Assembly (NCBI GenBank): GCA_032718475.1
Contig: JAUCBJ010003721.1
Location: 62,001 to 126,000, forward strand
From: Nemertoderma westbladi
Taxonomy: Eukaryota; Animalia; Xenacoelomorpha
Direction of reading: 5' to 3'
DNA length: 64,000 nucleotides
The translations under genes and the position numbers were made by a program. The notes under the pieces were generated by a model that ran no database searches, was not told the origin of the DNA, and saw only the letters and a program-made list of their open reading frames with translations. Position 1 is the stretch's first letter; the number at the start of each line of letters is the position of its first letter. Positions 39,906-53,387 of the stretch are shown here, in pieces.

Positions 39906-40968
39906 ACAACGAGCAACAATGACCAACAATAAGCAACAACGAGCAACAAATGAACAATGAGTAACAAAACAACGAGCAACAATGAGCAACAACGAGTAAC
40001 ATTGAGCAACAATGAGCAATACTAAAGTACAACAACGAGCAATAATGAGGAACAACGACTGAACGAGCAACAATGAGCAACAACGAGTAACAATGAGCAA
40101 CTACAGAACTATGACTACTATGAGTAACATTGAGCAACAATGAGAAACAATGAGCAACAACGAGCAAAAATGAGCAATAATAAAGTACAACAACGAGCAA
40201 CAGCGAGAAACAACGAACAACAATGAGCAATAATGAGGAACAACGACTGAACGAGCAACAACGAGTAACATTGAGAAACAACGAGCAACAATGAGCAATA
40301 ATAAAGTACAACAACGAGCAACAATGAGCAACAACGAGCAACAATGAGGAACAACGACTGAACGAGCAATAATAAAGTACAACAACGAGCAACAATGAGC
40401 AACAACGAGTAACAATGAGTAATAATGAGCAACAACGAGCAATAATAAAGTACAACAACGAGAAACAACGACCAATAATTAGGACATGAGGAACAAAGAG
40501 TAACAATGAGCAACAATGACAATGAGTAACAACGAGCTGACGAGTAACATTGAGCAATAATAAAGTATAACAACGAGTAACATTGAGCAACAATGAGCAA
40601 TAATAAAGAACAACAACGAGCAACAATGAGCAACAACGAGCAATAATGAGCAACAACTGAACAACGACTGAACGAGCAACAACGAGTTATATTGAGCAAC
40701 AACGAGCAATAATAAAGTACAACAACGACTGAACGAGCAGCAATGAGTAATATTGAGCAACAATGAGGAACAACGATTGAACGAGCAATAATAAAGTACA
40801 ACAACGAGCAACAATGAGCAACAAAGAGCAATAATAGAGTACAACGAGCAATAATAAAGTACAACTAACGAGCAACAATGAGCACCAACAAGCAACAATG
40901 AGCAACAATGACCAACAACGGGAAATAATAAAGCACAACGAGCAGCAATGTGCAACAACGAGCAACAA
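39906..40968. repeat. 10-bp-based minisatellite (CAACGAGCAA/CAATGAGCAA, with TAAAGTACAA variants)
   Basis: Directly visible; inside the foldback element. Confidence 0.95.
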
Positions 40969-41011
40969 ACTGCGTCGAACCGGATTGAATGTGGGGGAGA
41001 GCCACGTTCAA

Positions 41012-41308
41012 GTGAGCGAAACCTTAGCATATGGGTGCTATTAACGAGTTGTCTGTCGTCGTTGTAAATTTTTTATCGCTAATAACTCGGTCATTCCTTG
41101 ATGAAATTAAACGAAACTTGGTATGTATGTAGTCTGTCAAAAGATTAGAAATAATCTAAAGTTTGGTAAAAAACAAACTGACAAACGAACACAATGAGGC
41201 AAATTAAGGAGACGAGTATTGTGTTGAACGACCTCTGACTAACGAAAGACAACATGTTAATGGGGTGGGGCCCCTATCAGCTAGGGCTAGCTAAGGCTTT
41301 GCTCATTT
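41012..41308 (+). mobile_element. Small HINE-like element
   Basis: Subterminal inverted repeats TGAGCGAACCTTAGC / GCTAAGGCTTTGCTCA, GTCTGTCGTCGTTGT microsatellite, and ACGAAACTTGGTATG core. Confidence 0.6.
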
Positions 41309-42573
41309 CATGCTGCGTAAAGGTCCCACGAACGTGTCCCACTGCTGCGTGAGCCAGTTGAGCCAAAAACGTCATCCAGTCATCATCTTTAACCTTCATA
41401 ACGTCTATCAGCTGCCCGACGGAACCATCTTTGTGTCTATTGACATGAAATTGACATTGGTTTTTTTTTCACACCTTTCTGCCTTTCAAGTACAACATTG
41501 TGGCAATCCATCTAAGTGGGGCGTAACGCGGAGCAGGAGAGGAAATGCAGGACACAAGTTAGTTTTTCGAAACTGTGCGGCGATGTCCAGTTACTTGAGT
41601 CATGCTGTCATGTCTCATCGAAATACCTGACAATGTATGTGCGCTCAGATGGGCGATGGGCTATTCTTTTGAATATCAATGGGCTATTCTATGCTACCGT
41701 GTGAGGTAAGAATGCCAGTTCTAGCGACTTCATTATGATACGATATTCTATAGAGGATTTATAGAGTGCAGTGCAACTATTGTCTGATTGTCCTTATCCT
41801 TAACCCAACAAAGCAATATTCAGACTGACATAAATCAAAGAATTAGGGTATGAAAGAAGTGTAACATATACTGCACACTGTAAGGAATAAGGAATATTTA
41901 TTTTATTTAAGGAATGTGCAGATTTTGGAATACAATTGTATTCCTAAATAAGAAACCCAGGTCAAAAAGTTCTTATTTAGGGACTTTTGGTCTTTATTTT
42001 CGATTTCGATATCTTAAATAAGGTAAATTTAAAAAATCCCGCTTATTTAGGAACTAGTCGTATTTTTGATGCAATTTTAAAACGCTTGTAGAAAAAAAAC
42101 CGGACGGTGAAATGTTTTCTGGTTTTTTGCTTTATGTTCAAGAAAGACCCAACTTTTACATTGTGAAATAAAATTATGCGGTATTTTTTCCTGAAACAAG
42201 TTATTGCATATTATATCGAAAAAATATCCAAAAAAGGCCCAAAAACCCCTAAATAAGAGCCATTTTCCTTAAATAAGAACCCACTTTTGGAGCTTATTTA
42301 AGGGTATGTTCCCTACTGCTAGGCCTAATAACTAAATGCAATAGGCCTAGTAGCTATAAAAGCTATAAAACTCAACAATCATAGAGAAAAATCATCTAGG
42401 CTCTGAGGCTATTTACAGATTTAGGCCTACCAGCCTACGGAGTTAGTTACAGCTATCTGCCTATTGCTGCCTATCAGCCTATCTAGTAAAACTACAAATC
42501 TGTGTAGGCCTAACTCAAAAACGATCAGGAATTTGGACAATTGGCTGATTGGACTTATTCTACACCGGGTCCT

Positions 42574-42789
42574 ACGAATTACCCCAAAATACCCCAAAAC
42601 ACCCCAAAATACTCCAAAATACCCCAAAATAGTCAAAAATACCCCAAAAGGCTAAAAAATTACCCCAAAATAAGCTAACAATGTTTTTTAACAGCGAGGG
42701 AAAGGAGCAGGTTACAGTGGCAAGTTTTTTTAACCAAAACAATAAACGAGAGTGAAGAAACAATTTTTAATTATTTTGGGGTAATTCGT
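42574..42789. mobile_element. MITE with ACGAATTACCCCAAAAT TIRs and 10-bp ACCCCAAAAT repeats
   Basis: Inverted ends ACGAATTACCCCAAAATA / TATTTTGGGGTAATTCGT. Confidence 0.7.
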
Positions 42790-43106
42790 CATTATTTTGG
42801 GGTAAGATGCAGTGTAGGCCCATGGCCTACTATATATAGTAGGCCATGGTAGGCCTAATATCGATCACGGTACGGTACTAACAGCCTACTGCAGTACTGT
42901 CTGACTGTTTACTGCAACTGCAGTAGGCCTACACAGTACAGCAGTAGTTGTACAGTTGTACTGGTGCAGTACCGGTAGTTAGTACTGATAATAATCTGAA
43001 TTTTGGAATTGAAGACTGCTTTACTGACAGAAATGCTATTGTGTGATACCAGCACCAATTACGTTAGCTGAAGAGAAAAATGTTAATAAAAATTAATGTA
43101 ATTTTC

Positions 43107-44205
43107 GGGTAAATCTTTTCGACCTAGGCGTAGACCTACGCGTAGCTACGCGTAGTTCGCAACATTGGGTCATATATCACCAGTTTCAGAGTTTTAACAT
43201 TAACTACGCGTAGGTGCTACGTATAACTAAGCGTAGGTGCTACCCATAACTATGCCTATACATCGTTTATCTGTTTATCATTAGTAGGCCTACGTTACGT
43301 ATTCCAAGCGGTTCAGTACTAAAATAAGACAATACGGTATGTTCAATAAACAACCCACAACCATCAAATGCTTTCAACAGTAATGCATCCTATACCTGTA
43401 TACTCTATATAGAAGAATACGCTAAGACTACACATATTCTTCACTTCATGCGTTGCGGGTGCTAAAATGTTGTACCGGTAATAATGTTTAGAGTTCAAAA
43501 ATAGTTTACAAAGGAAATAGGCCGATGGTTCTTATCAATTCTCTATGCTTTTTATTGCCTTTGTTCACGATAGGGCAAGTATATATTTAATATGTTAACC
43601 CCTTGACAAGGGAAGGGGGAGACTAAATTGTCTACCATGATTGGTTGCACTTGTTATTTGACCAAACAATTGAATTATATGCAGTATTTATCAGCTTTCG
43701 TTAACCACTTCACCGGTAGATTGGTAGCTTACTACTGTAGAATATTTAAATAATCCAATGGAAACAAAGATACTTGAATCATGAGACGTGAATTTTAAGT
43801 CTACTTTTTATTCATCCTGTGTTTGTATGTGAAAGAGCCGAATATTATTTATTACCAGTGCTATGTAGAGATATGAGTTTCCGATTCTGTTATTCCATTT
43901 GTCTGATAATCAGATACCTGACATATACCGATACTTGCCTAACAACTAAACCCTACCGGACCTGAAATGAAAAATCATTGTTCTCAGGACGGCTACGCGT
44001 AGCTACGCGTAGCACCTTCGCGTAGTTTCAAAATACCTACGCGTAGAACCTTCGCGTAGTTTCAAAATACCTACGCGTAATTCCAAAATAACTACGCGTA
44101 GTTTTAAAACTTCTACGCGTAGTTGTTAAAATGGCAGTAAGTCTGGCCCTACCGGTAAATGACAGGAATGGAAGTTACAAACTACGCGGTCGAAAAGATT
44201 TACCC
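43107..44205. mobile_element. 1.1-kb non-autonomous DNA transposon with CTACGCGTAG subterminal repeats; partial copy at 57995-58190
   Basis: TIR GGGTAAATCTTTTCGACC / GGTCGAAAAGATTTACCC; 8-bp TSD TAATTTTC at 43099-43106 and 44206-44213. Confidence 0.9.
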
Positions 44206-44494
44206 TAATTTTCGACTAGTTAAATTAATGATAAAGTTTAAAGATATTTTAAGAATTTATCGGATATTTTAATTTAAAGAATTTAAAATATAACTTTAAA
44301 ATCTGTCAACTATTACAAACGGGCGCTGGAAGCACGGGGGCAGCTGCCCCCCCCCCCCCCCCCCTTGCCCTAATGACAGGGGGGGGGGGGGGGGGGGCAG
44401 CAATGTGCACTCCAGAATTACCTCACACAACGGCCCATCTAACTATACAAGAGTCCCACAAGAAATGAAAATTAATAAGTTGGTGCCAATTCCC

Positions 44495-46540
44495 ACTACT
44501 AGGATCGGCATGCTGCATTGCAGCTGCATTTTTAAGAATGCTGTGCCGGCTTATCGACAAAATTGCACCGCCACAACTCCCTATCACCCATGACATTTGC
44601 TAGATCATCCGCATCTTCAAGGCCAGTGTCATTTAAGATGCGTCTCAAGAAAGTCATGGGCTGTCCACCATGCTTATTCCCTCCATGAGGCTGCCAAAGT
44701 ACAAGATTATGCACTGGCTGGTCCTCACGGCGAAAGCAATATCCTGCAAAGCGGAGGCGATTTTGTTCTAGTGTCAAGCTTGGGGGAACCAATGAGACAC
44801 CTCCAATGTTATATAGTGTCTGGTTGGAGATGTGTGCATTGTACTTGACACAATGAACCCGGCGTAGCATTCTTGTGAATGTGCCATCCAGAGATTTGGT
44901 GTCCTCAGCAGTTAGAGCCCAGCATGGACTCCCATAGTGGAACTACTGCTGCTCTAAGTAATCGGACCTTAAGTTTCCGATTAATTCTCGGTGACTTCCA
45001 AATCCTGGAAAGCCTATTCAAGGCTGCCCATGCCTTTCCCTTACGTATTCGAAGGTCCTCACCTGACTTCCGGATCCATGATCCCTGGTAACAGAAGTCA
45101 TCCACATGCTCAAGCATACCATCTTTTGAGCTTATGCTCATCCGATCAGAGACTTGCTGAGGACTTTCAAAGTTAACTGTCAAAATTTTCGTCTTTCTGG
45201 AGTTAATAAAAAGACCAACACTAGAAGCAGCATGTTCTAATGAACTGAGGAGCCGTTGGGCTCCCTCTAATGATTCTGAGAGTACTGTACTCCTAAGTCA
45301 TCAGCAAAGTCTAGATCAGTTAGGTACTTGGTAGGGTTTCCTCGACTTCTGGAGCCAGTAGGTGGAGTTATCATCACCCCATCATCATTATGATGATCTA
45401 AGGACATGCGTAGAACATAGTCAACAACAATTATGAACAAGAATGGTGCAAGTGTGTCTCCCTGGAGGACGCCCCATAACACTTCAAATGGTTCTGTGTC
45501 ACCGTCAACAGTAGACACAAATGTTGTCGAACCATCGTATACTGATCTGATTGCTGCAATAATTTTATCAGGAATCCCATATAATGAAAGTATGCTGAAC
45601 ATACGTGAGCGAGAGACTGAATCAAAGGCCTTGAAGACGTCAACAAAGATAACAGCCAGATGCCTGTCTTTCTTTTTTGATAACTCTTCAATTATCCTTC
45701 TAAGTGCCAAAATGGGCTCCATGGTCCCACGACCTTTACGGAACCCATTCTGATTTCACAGAGCAGTCTCTCAATGGGATCCCTGATGCGATTTAATATA
45801 ATTCTATTGTATAGCTTTGCAGCAATCGAGATCAATGAGATTCCCCGAAAAGTACCATAGAGTGTTAGGTTGCTCTTCTTGGGAACTGGCACCAACTTAT
45901 TTGTTTTCATTTCTTGTGGGACTCTTGTTGTTCGGTACATGTCTACTATGATGGGATAGATGAGCTTTAAACACTCAGGTATTTTAAAGACCTCAGGGGG
46001 AACACCATCTACTCCACTGGCACGATTGGTCTTAATGCTCTTTGCAGCAGCCTTCACTTCTGCAAAGGAAATATCACCAATGGGAATATCTGGGAGTACA
46101 GACTCAGACACTTTTACTTCTATAAAGTTATCAGGCAATACCTTGTCATTATTGAGGAGCTTTTCAAAGTGGGTCTTCCAACCATTGAGGCGATCGGCTG
46201 GTGTTTCGGCCTTAACCTTGGTGGTTGGTTGGCCTTTTCGACCAGCAAGCAAGTTGATCGATCTCCATGCCTGGGATGATTGCCTGCTGTCGTCAGCATC
46301 ATTGATGGCATCAACCTGTTGGTTTATTAGCTCCTGCAAATTAAGAGAGTACTGCCTGTTCAGGGACCTAGATGCAGCCTTAACTGCATTCTTGGCCGCT
46401 GTAGTCTGATTGAGTCGGGACTCTCTCTGCGCCTTGTAGAGGTCATTTCGGCGTTTCCTGTTTCGAGGGTATACAGGAACTGTTTCCGCAGCTGCTAACT
46501 TAACTGCCTCTGTGAAGGCAGTTCCCAAGGATAAGGGCAA
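44495..46540 (-). mobile_element. RTE-clade non-LTR retrotransposon, 5'-truncated and frameshifted
   Basis: ASGVDGVPPE, FRGISLISIAAKLYNRIILNRI, FVDVFKAFDSV, GVLQGDTLAPFLF, DLDFADD, RLRFAGYCFR..LVLWQP; TAGTAG tail. Confidence 0.93.
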
Positions 46541-46559
46541 CCTAATACCCTATGGATCT

Positions 46560-47510
46560 TTTCGGGGAATCTCATTGATCTCGATTGCTGCAAAAAGCTA
46601 TCAAATATAATATTATATTAAATTGCATCAGGGATCCTATTGAGAGACACTCAAAAGGATAATAGGAAGAGTTATCAAAAAGGAAAGGACAGGCATCAGG
46701 CTGTTATCTTTGTTGACTTCTTCAAGGCCTTTGATTCAGTCTCTCGCTCACGTATGTTCAGCATACTTTCATTATATGGGATTTCTGTTGAAATTATTGC
46801 AGCAATCAGATCAGTATACAATGGTTCGACGATATCTGTGTCTACTGTTGACTGTGACACAGATCCATCCGAAGTGTTGTGGGGGTCCTTCGTGGTGATA
46901 CACTTTGCACCATTCTTATTTATAATTGTGGTTGACTACTATATGTTCTACCTATGTCCTTAGATCATCATAATGATGATGGAGTGATGATAACTCCACC
47001 TACTGTCTCCAGAAGTCGAGGAAACCCTACCAAGTACCTAACTGATCTAGACTGCTGATGACTTAAGAGACTCACCAGAGGGAGCCCAACGGCTCCTTAG
47101 CTCATTAGAATAGGCTGCTTCTAGTGTTGGTCTTTTTGTTCCTCAGGAAGACCAACATTTTGACAGTTAACTTTGAAAGTCCTCAGAAAATGTCTGATTG
47201 TATGAGCATAAGCTCAGAAGATGATATGTTTGAGCAGGTTGACGACTTCTGTTGTCTGGGATCATGGATCGGGAAGTCAGGTGAGGACCTTCGCAGACGT
47301 CAGGGAAAGGAATACGATTTGGAAGTCACACAGAATACGTCGGAAACTAAAGGTCCAAATTTTAAGAGCATCAGTAGTTCCAGTACTCCTCTATGGGAGT
47401 CCATGCTGGGCTCTAACTGCAGAGGACACCAAATCTCTAGATGGCACAATCACAGGAATGCTACGTCGGGGTAACTGTTTGAAGTACAATGCACAAATCT
47501 TCAACCTATA
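46560..47510 (+). mobile_element. Inverted, more degenerate copy of the adjacent RTE element
   Basis: Reverse complement of ~44820-45850; FVDFFKAFDSV and VVPVLLYGS motifs. Confidence 0.9.
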
Positions 47511-47699
47511 TTCTAATATAAGCGAAGCTTCGTAAACCATACCATAATAAATTCCAAATAATGACGCCAAAATAAATACAGCACTTTCACAATGGCAGTA
47601 CGCAAGTTTATACTTCCATTCCAAAACAAGAATAATAGTATTCTTCTAATAAAATCAAAGCTTCGTAAATGAATGATGCACAGGATTCGTAAGTAGATT

Positions 47700-49790
47700 T
47701 TAAGAAAAAGTGATTTACACATGATGCATCAAGATGGGGGTAGGATTACCGGAGATCACCTAGTAGAGAGCAACTTAGAAGGACATGGGCTTCGGTCTGT
47801 ATAGAACCGCATTTACAAAAACGTCTGTCTTGAGGAATACGCGACCACCTGCCAGTCTCGACAGCAAGATATGTGGACATTAAACGGAAACGTGACCAGT
47901 AAATACGGTGGCGTTCAGAACCATGCACGTAGCAGTAGCTACGGTATACGGTGGGAATCTCAAACGAAGGATTTATAGAATTGTAAAACAGCCGTCGGCG
48001 TCGAGTACTGGTAGAGTCATTATGCACAGCTTCTATTAAACCCTCACGCTCCTCGGACGCATAGTTACTGTTGTCCCTAGAATTCGGTCGATTACTAACC
48101 CCATTGGAGTATGTCCTTGGCGAGCTAAACAATAAAAAACTTTCCTTGACGCGTAAGAATAATCGCTTCTGGCGATGGAAGGCCCAATTCCAAAAGAAGA
48201 AGGTCGTGGAAGGTCTGGGGTCGGACGTCAATAGCCGATTTCAGCATGTTAAAGTACTGCTTAGTTCCTGGGGCGGTATTCATAAATGTAACTAACTAGG
48301 AACTTAGTCCTAGTCACATCAAGTTAGTAAGTGCTTGTACTAATTCGGTATTCAGAGAAGTTGGTGCTACTTATTACTAACGTATTTAGTACTAGTTGTT
48401 GCTAAACTGGTATTCATAGAATTTAGTCTTACTTCAGTTAGTATTAGCTGTAACTTACATTTCTAGTCACATGAAGATGTGACTAAGTTGGTAAGAACGC
48501 TTACTTATTCTATGTTGGCCTTCATACATACAGTGTGGTTAATATGTTATGGACGACTCCGGCCACATTATACTCTCTCTTGTTTTTCTAGCATTCTCTG
48601 TTAATTGCAAATGTGTTGTTGCAGAGAAACTATCAAATGTAATGACATAAAGCTTTTTGTTTTTTAAACATATATCCGACTTAAATTTCCAAATTTCAGC
48701 TTACATTCTTGAATGGTGAGATTGCGTCCGTTGAAAAATGTGTTTCGCTAAAGAATTCTACCATTCGCGAACTTTCGCAAGATGACAAAGCGGTAGCGTT
48801 CCCACTTCATTATTTTCATCTCTATTACCAAATGTAAATAACGGGATTCGATAATGGTAGCCAATTGATTTATCGCCTTACTAAAAATAATAATTTTTCA
48901 CTAAAATTTTAACAGGAAATCACTAAAATATTCAGTTTCCACTAAAACCTATTAATTAACATTAAATCTATTAATTATAAATTATTGCTAAAATGTTGGA
49001 AAGGGCAGGTTACAGTGCCACGTTATTCTAACCTAAATAATGAAGGGAATTTATTACAACAGGCCGTAACAGATTTATTTTTGATGATTCAAAAATATAT
49101 TTTAGTGATAATTAAATTGAGTGGAGGAAATATATATTTGATAACGAAAAAAATTTACTGGAAAACAGGAATTGTTTTAGTGACCAATATAATTAATGGC
49201 TTTAATGTAGGCTACCAATACTAATGAAACAGTAAACATAGAGACATGCTTAAGTTGAAACTGAAAGCTTTTTGATAAACATAAGTTAAAGTACCGGCAC
49301 AGCTACAAATAGGCTAGAACTAAGTTTAGTAACAGCTGCCACTAAGTAGCTGTAACTAATACTAACTCTATGAATACCGCCCCAGGAGCAAAATTCGCAC
49401 CTAACCACGATTCGCAGCTATATAAAATCGCTGTCATAACGCCAGCATTAAATACTTTCATTTTCAACCAAAGAGGACTTACCGCGTGTTTGCTCCTAAA
49501 TGAGTGGAATTTCGAAACGTGTTTTACTTTATCAGCTGCATGTAACTCGACAGCTTTTTTACTCCTCCTGATTGGACAATTGGGTCCCTAAATAAATATA
49601 TGATGGGCAGTTCGAAACCTTTAAAACGCTGTCTTTAGTTGCAAAGACAAAATCGGATTTATCACATGAATCGCCGTTAATCACAATAAATTTAATCTTC
49701 TTCTGGTTAATTTTCATATTATATTCATCACAGTAATCTAAGAGAACTTTAAATTTCTGACTCGCGGATTCCCGTGCGCGATGCCATTGT
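47700..49790 (-). mobile_element. Non-LTR retrotransposon 3' part (RTEX/Daphne/L2-group-like), split by a MITE
   Basis: LLDYCDEYNMKINQKK...YIYLG (RT end) and RFRL...LAVETGRW.RIP...RFC.CG...TEAHVLLSC (C-terminal CCHC-type motif). Confidence 0.8.
48270..49383. mobile_element. PIF/Harbinger-like MITE inserted in the LINE
   Basis: TIR GGGGCGGTATTCATA / TATGAATACCGCCCC. Confidence 0.75.
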
Positions 49791-50119
49791 AAGAGAAGGC
49801 AATATATCGAGCTTGAAGGTGAATATATGTCTGCTGGCCAGACAGTAGTGTAGCTAATGCAATGGATGGGGAAGCCAGCCTGCGGCGATATTGATTTGTG
49901 ATGTATATAGGAGGGCCCTTTGCCCCACAAATTCGGGTTCATAATAATTCGGGGAAATGTAAATTTATCTGTGAATATGAAGCACTACTGGAGGCAATAT
50001 TAAAGGTACTCTTTCACTTGCTTCCTTCTCTTGATTTTACGTACAAGGCAAGGGGGACTCCACACTAACTCCCACGGATGAACACAGAGGATGATCTCAT
50101 ATACATATTAGGCCTATAT

Positions 50120-50936
50120 ATTGTGCTGTGCGATGGCCGTATTTCGATTTTGAATCATTTTTTGCATTACAAACAAGATTTATTTATCCTTAATTAAATC
50201 AAATTGATTTTATGACCATGTGGGTTTTTTGGGATGCTGATCACGAATATGACACTGAAATATATCGTACATTATTGATTAGGGAATTTTTGGATATGTG
50301 CGTGTCAATGTGCGGCATGAAAAATACAAGTTGCACAAATTTGGTAATACAAAAATGATTACCAAATCAACGTGATTTTTAGACATTATGGGTTTTCTGG
50401 GACGCTGATCACGAATATGACACTCAAAAATATCGGATTATCGAACTAAATTCGATTTTTGGCGTTTGAAATTTTACGCTATTTGTATTTATCCGTAGCT
50501 GCGTTAGCACGAATGATTTTTTACGAGTTATATCGTAGTAATCAGCGACTTTGAAAACCAGTATAGATATATATAACCAAAGTCAAAAATTAACACTTTA
50601 TAATTTTGTGCTACTTGTAGTTTTCGTTTTGGGGAACTAGAATGGCACCAAAAATGGGTTTGCACATACCAGAAATATTTATAACTAGTGCCATCCTCTT
50701 CAGCGACATCGAAAACCCGGATACCTGGAAAACCCGAAAACCTGGAAAATGTCAAAATTGAGAAATTGTGAAAATCTTGTTTTATATACAGAATCATGAA
50801 TATCAGATAATGGTCCCCTTAATATTAGAAATCAATTTTAACAATGACGAGCCTTGGATACGCTAAAACAAAGAAAACTTGCGATTCTTCGCCTCCCTCT
50901 TATGGTGGAATTTCACAAGATGGGTACGATGCAGTG
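50120..50936. mobile_element. Probable non-autonomous DNA transposon (possibly Transib-like)
   Basis: Internal direct repeat GGA(T/C)GCTGATCACGAATATGACACT at 50232 and 50400; CAGTG right end; TIR match is poor. Confidence 0.35.
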
Positions 50937-51579
50937 GGTGAAACGAATTGACGGAAGCCATTTCAATAATTAGAAAACCGTGACAGACATCATGGCCATT
51001 TATCATGATGATATATGACATCACTTGACTTTACAACACTTTTTATCAATTTAAATTATTTGACTTGATATCACTTGGTTTTATGACACTTGACTTGACA
51101 ACACTTGACATGACATCATTCGACTCAACATCATTTCATAATTAATGCCTTGATTGACTTGATGGTAGTTTGACTTGGCGCCATACGACTTGACATACTG
51201 ACTTGACATCACTTGACTTGACAAACTTGACTTGATAATACTTGTTATATTATCAGCCTGATTTGTTGATACAGCTCGTTTCCTGCTTGTTTTATCCTCT
51301 ATGCAAATTTAGGATGTAGGCCTGCCTTGTAAACATTTCCTGTTTCGAGATATTATTAAAATTTGACTCAAAAATCTTTGAAATTCTCATTAAAGTAGTA
51401 CCGCAATTCAATTACTTTAATAGAGGACATATTACATTTCGTTTGCTCCTCCTGCGTTACTACTCTTTGCTCCAGGGAAAAAGCCATAAAATAATATTTT
51501 GTTTTATTATTTATTCAACATTTGTCTTAGACGTGAAACTTACAGGAAGTTTCCATCATATTTATAATATCAAATTCAA

Positions 51580-51953
51580 ATACTTACCAGAACAGGCAAT
51601 GCATATTTATATACTTGCCAAAACAGGCAAGGTGTATTTATATACTTGCCAAAACAGGCAAGGTGTATTTATATACTTGCCAAAACAGGCAAGGTGTATT
51701 TATATACTTGCCAAAACAGGCAAGGTGTATTTATATACTTGCCAAAACATGCAAGGTGTATTTATATACTGTACTTGCCAAAACAGGCAAGGTATAATTA
51801 CATACTTGCCAAAACAGGCAAGGTATATTTATATACTTGCCAAAACAGGCAAGGCATATTTACATACTTGCCAAAACAGGCAAGGTATATTTATATACTT
51901 GCCAAAACAGGCATGGTTTATCTATATACTTGCCAAAACAGGCAAGGTATATA
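51580..51953. repeat. 31-bp minisatellite TATACTTGCCAAAACAGGCAAGGTGTATTTA, about 12 copies
   Basis: Directly visible; each unit contains a CTTGCC/GGCAAG dyad. Confidence 0.95.
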
Positions 51954-53387
51954 TTACAGATATATATTCAGCCAAATGGAGAAGTCTTGGTTTCATAGAC
52001 TGTTAAAGTCTTCGTGGTTGGTCGAGGAATGCACGACTACCCCCCCCCCCCCCCCCCCACACTGTCGAGGTATGTACGACGTTCTATAGTCTAGCAAAGT
52101 AGTACGACGTTCTATAGTCGTAGCAGTTCTATAGTCTAGTACTGTATCAGCCAAGTTTCAGCTTTAAACGGATATCAAATAACGAAATGAGAGAAGGTAT
52201 TAACTTTCAGATATTTCGACCTCTAGCGGCAAACTGTAAAAGATGGATTAGGCCTGCCGTCCCACAAAGAAGCAGCCAGTTTTCTAGTACATAATGTACA
52301 GTATTTGTAAGTTTCAGCTTAACTAATTAAATCAAGGAAATGGCGGAAGTTTTTCACCTGAGACATTTCGCCCTCTGGCGACAGACTGGATAACTGCAGA
52401 TGATTCAACTCCCTCAAAACGCAGCATGTGGTCCGGTACATGTATTCCAAGAGCCAGCTTAAATAGATTAAGACTGAGGAAATGGGGAATCTTGCATACA
52501 TTTCTCACTCTAGCAGCAGCCTGGAGAACTGCAGACCGATTACCGACCCCTCAAACGATATTTGACAAGTTTCAGCTTTCAGAACCGATCATAAATATCC
52601 TAATGGGTCAAGGATTTCACTTTGAGAGATTTGACGAAACACACCCAAATATACCCCGAACATAGGCGAACACAGTCAGTAATTAAAATCAGCACCAAAA
52701 AAATAACACTGGGGAAATGACCGGCTGAATCCATAAAACTGTAAGAAGGGGGGGGGGGGGGGGGGGGGGGGTGGGGTATGGGGGTTCTTTCAACGCTAAA
52801 GTTTATTAAAGAACCACCACCCCCCCCCGCCCCCCCCCCCCCCCACCCCTCTTCATGTCTCGAATTTAATTTGTTTTCAAATGCGAAATAGGCTGGCGAA
52901 ATTGAGGCAGTATTATCTATACTGAAAATAATATTTCATCATTTGCGATACATCAAAGCCAAAACTTGTAATAAATTAATATATACAATACGGATACAGT
53001 ACCAGTATGCAATAATTAATTATAAAATAAGACGAAAATAACAACAACCACACTACCGATTCTCGTAAATTCACTGCACAGCCCACCTCCCCCCGCTCCC
53101 CCAAATATAAAAATATATGAATAAAATTAATCAGCATCGGGTAAGTTTTATAACAAAAGCAATAAACGAAACCAAGGAACAACTGAAGTGAACAGGTTTG
53201 AAGTATAAATTCAGCTCCTATTAATGTATATATATTCAAATAAAATTTACAAGTTAAGTAGTAAGTACCATATGAATTCGCTGTATCTAGAGCCGCTTTT
53301 CACAAAATTTAGTGAATTAATCAATTTTTGACTGAATTTAAGAAGATATATTTCTGGACTGCAAGACGTACAGACGTTACCTTACAA

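Larger units (their letters stand above)
39272..42318. mobile_element. 3.05-kb foldback DNA element with ~430-bp TIRs and a 5-bp TSD
   Basis: 39272-~39700 is the reverse complement of ~41890-42318 (CAGTAGGGAACATACCCTTAAATAAG...); CTAGG directly repeated at 39267-39271 and 42319-42323. Confidence 0.9.

Noticed and set aside
39832-41030. Cys/Leu-rich membrane-like ORFs
   Set aside because: Translation of a 10-bp minisatellite
49790-50100. Moderately GC-rich unique segment next to the LINE
   Set aside because: No recognisable protein motif or consistent splice signals found by eye
51443-52089. ORFs with YILAKTGKV repeats
   Set aside because: Translation of the 31-bp minisatellite
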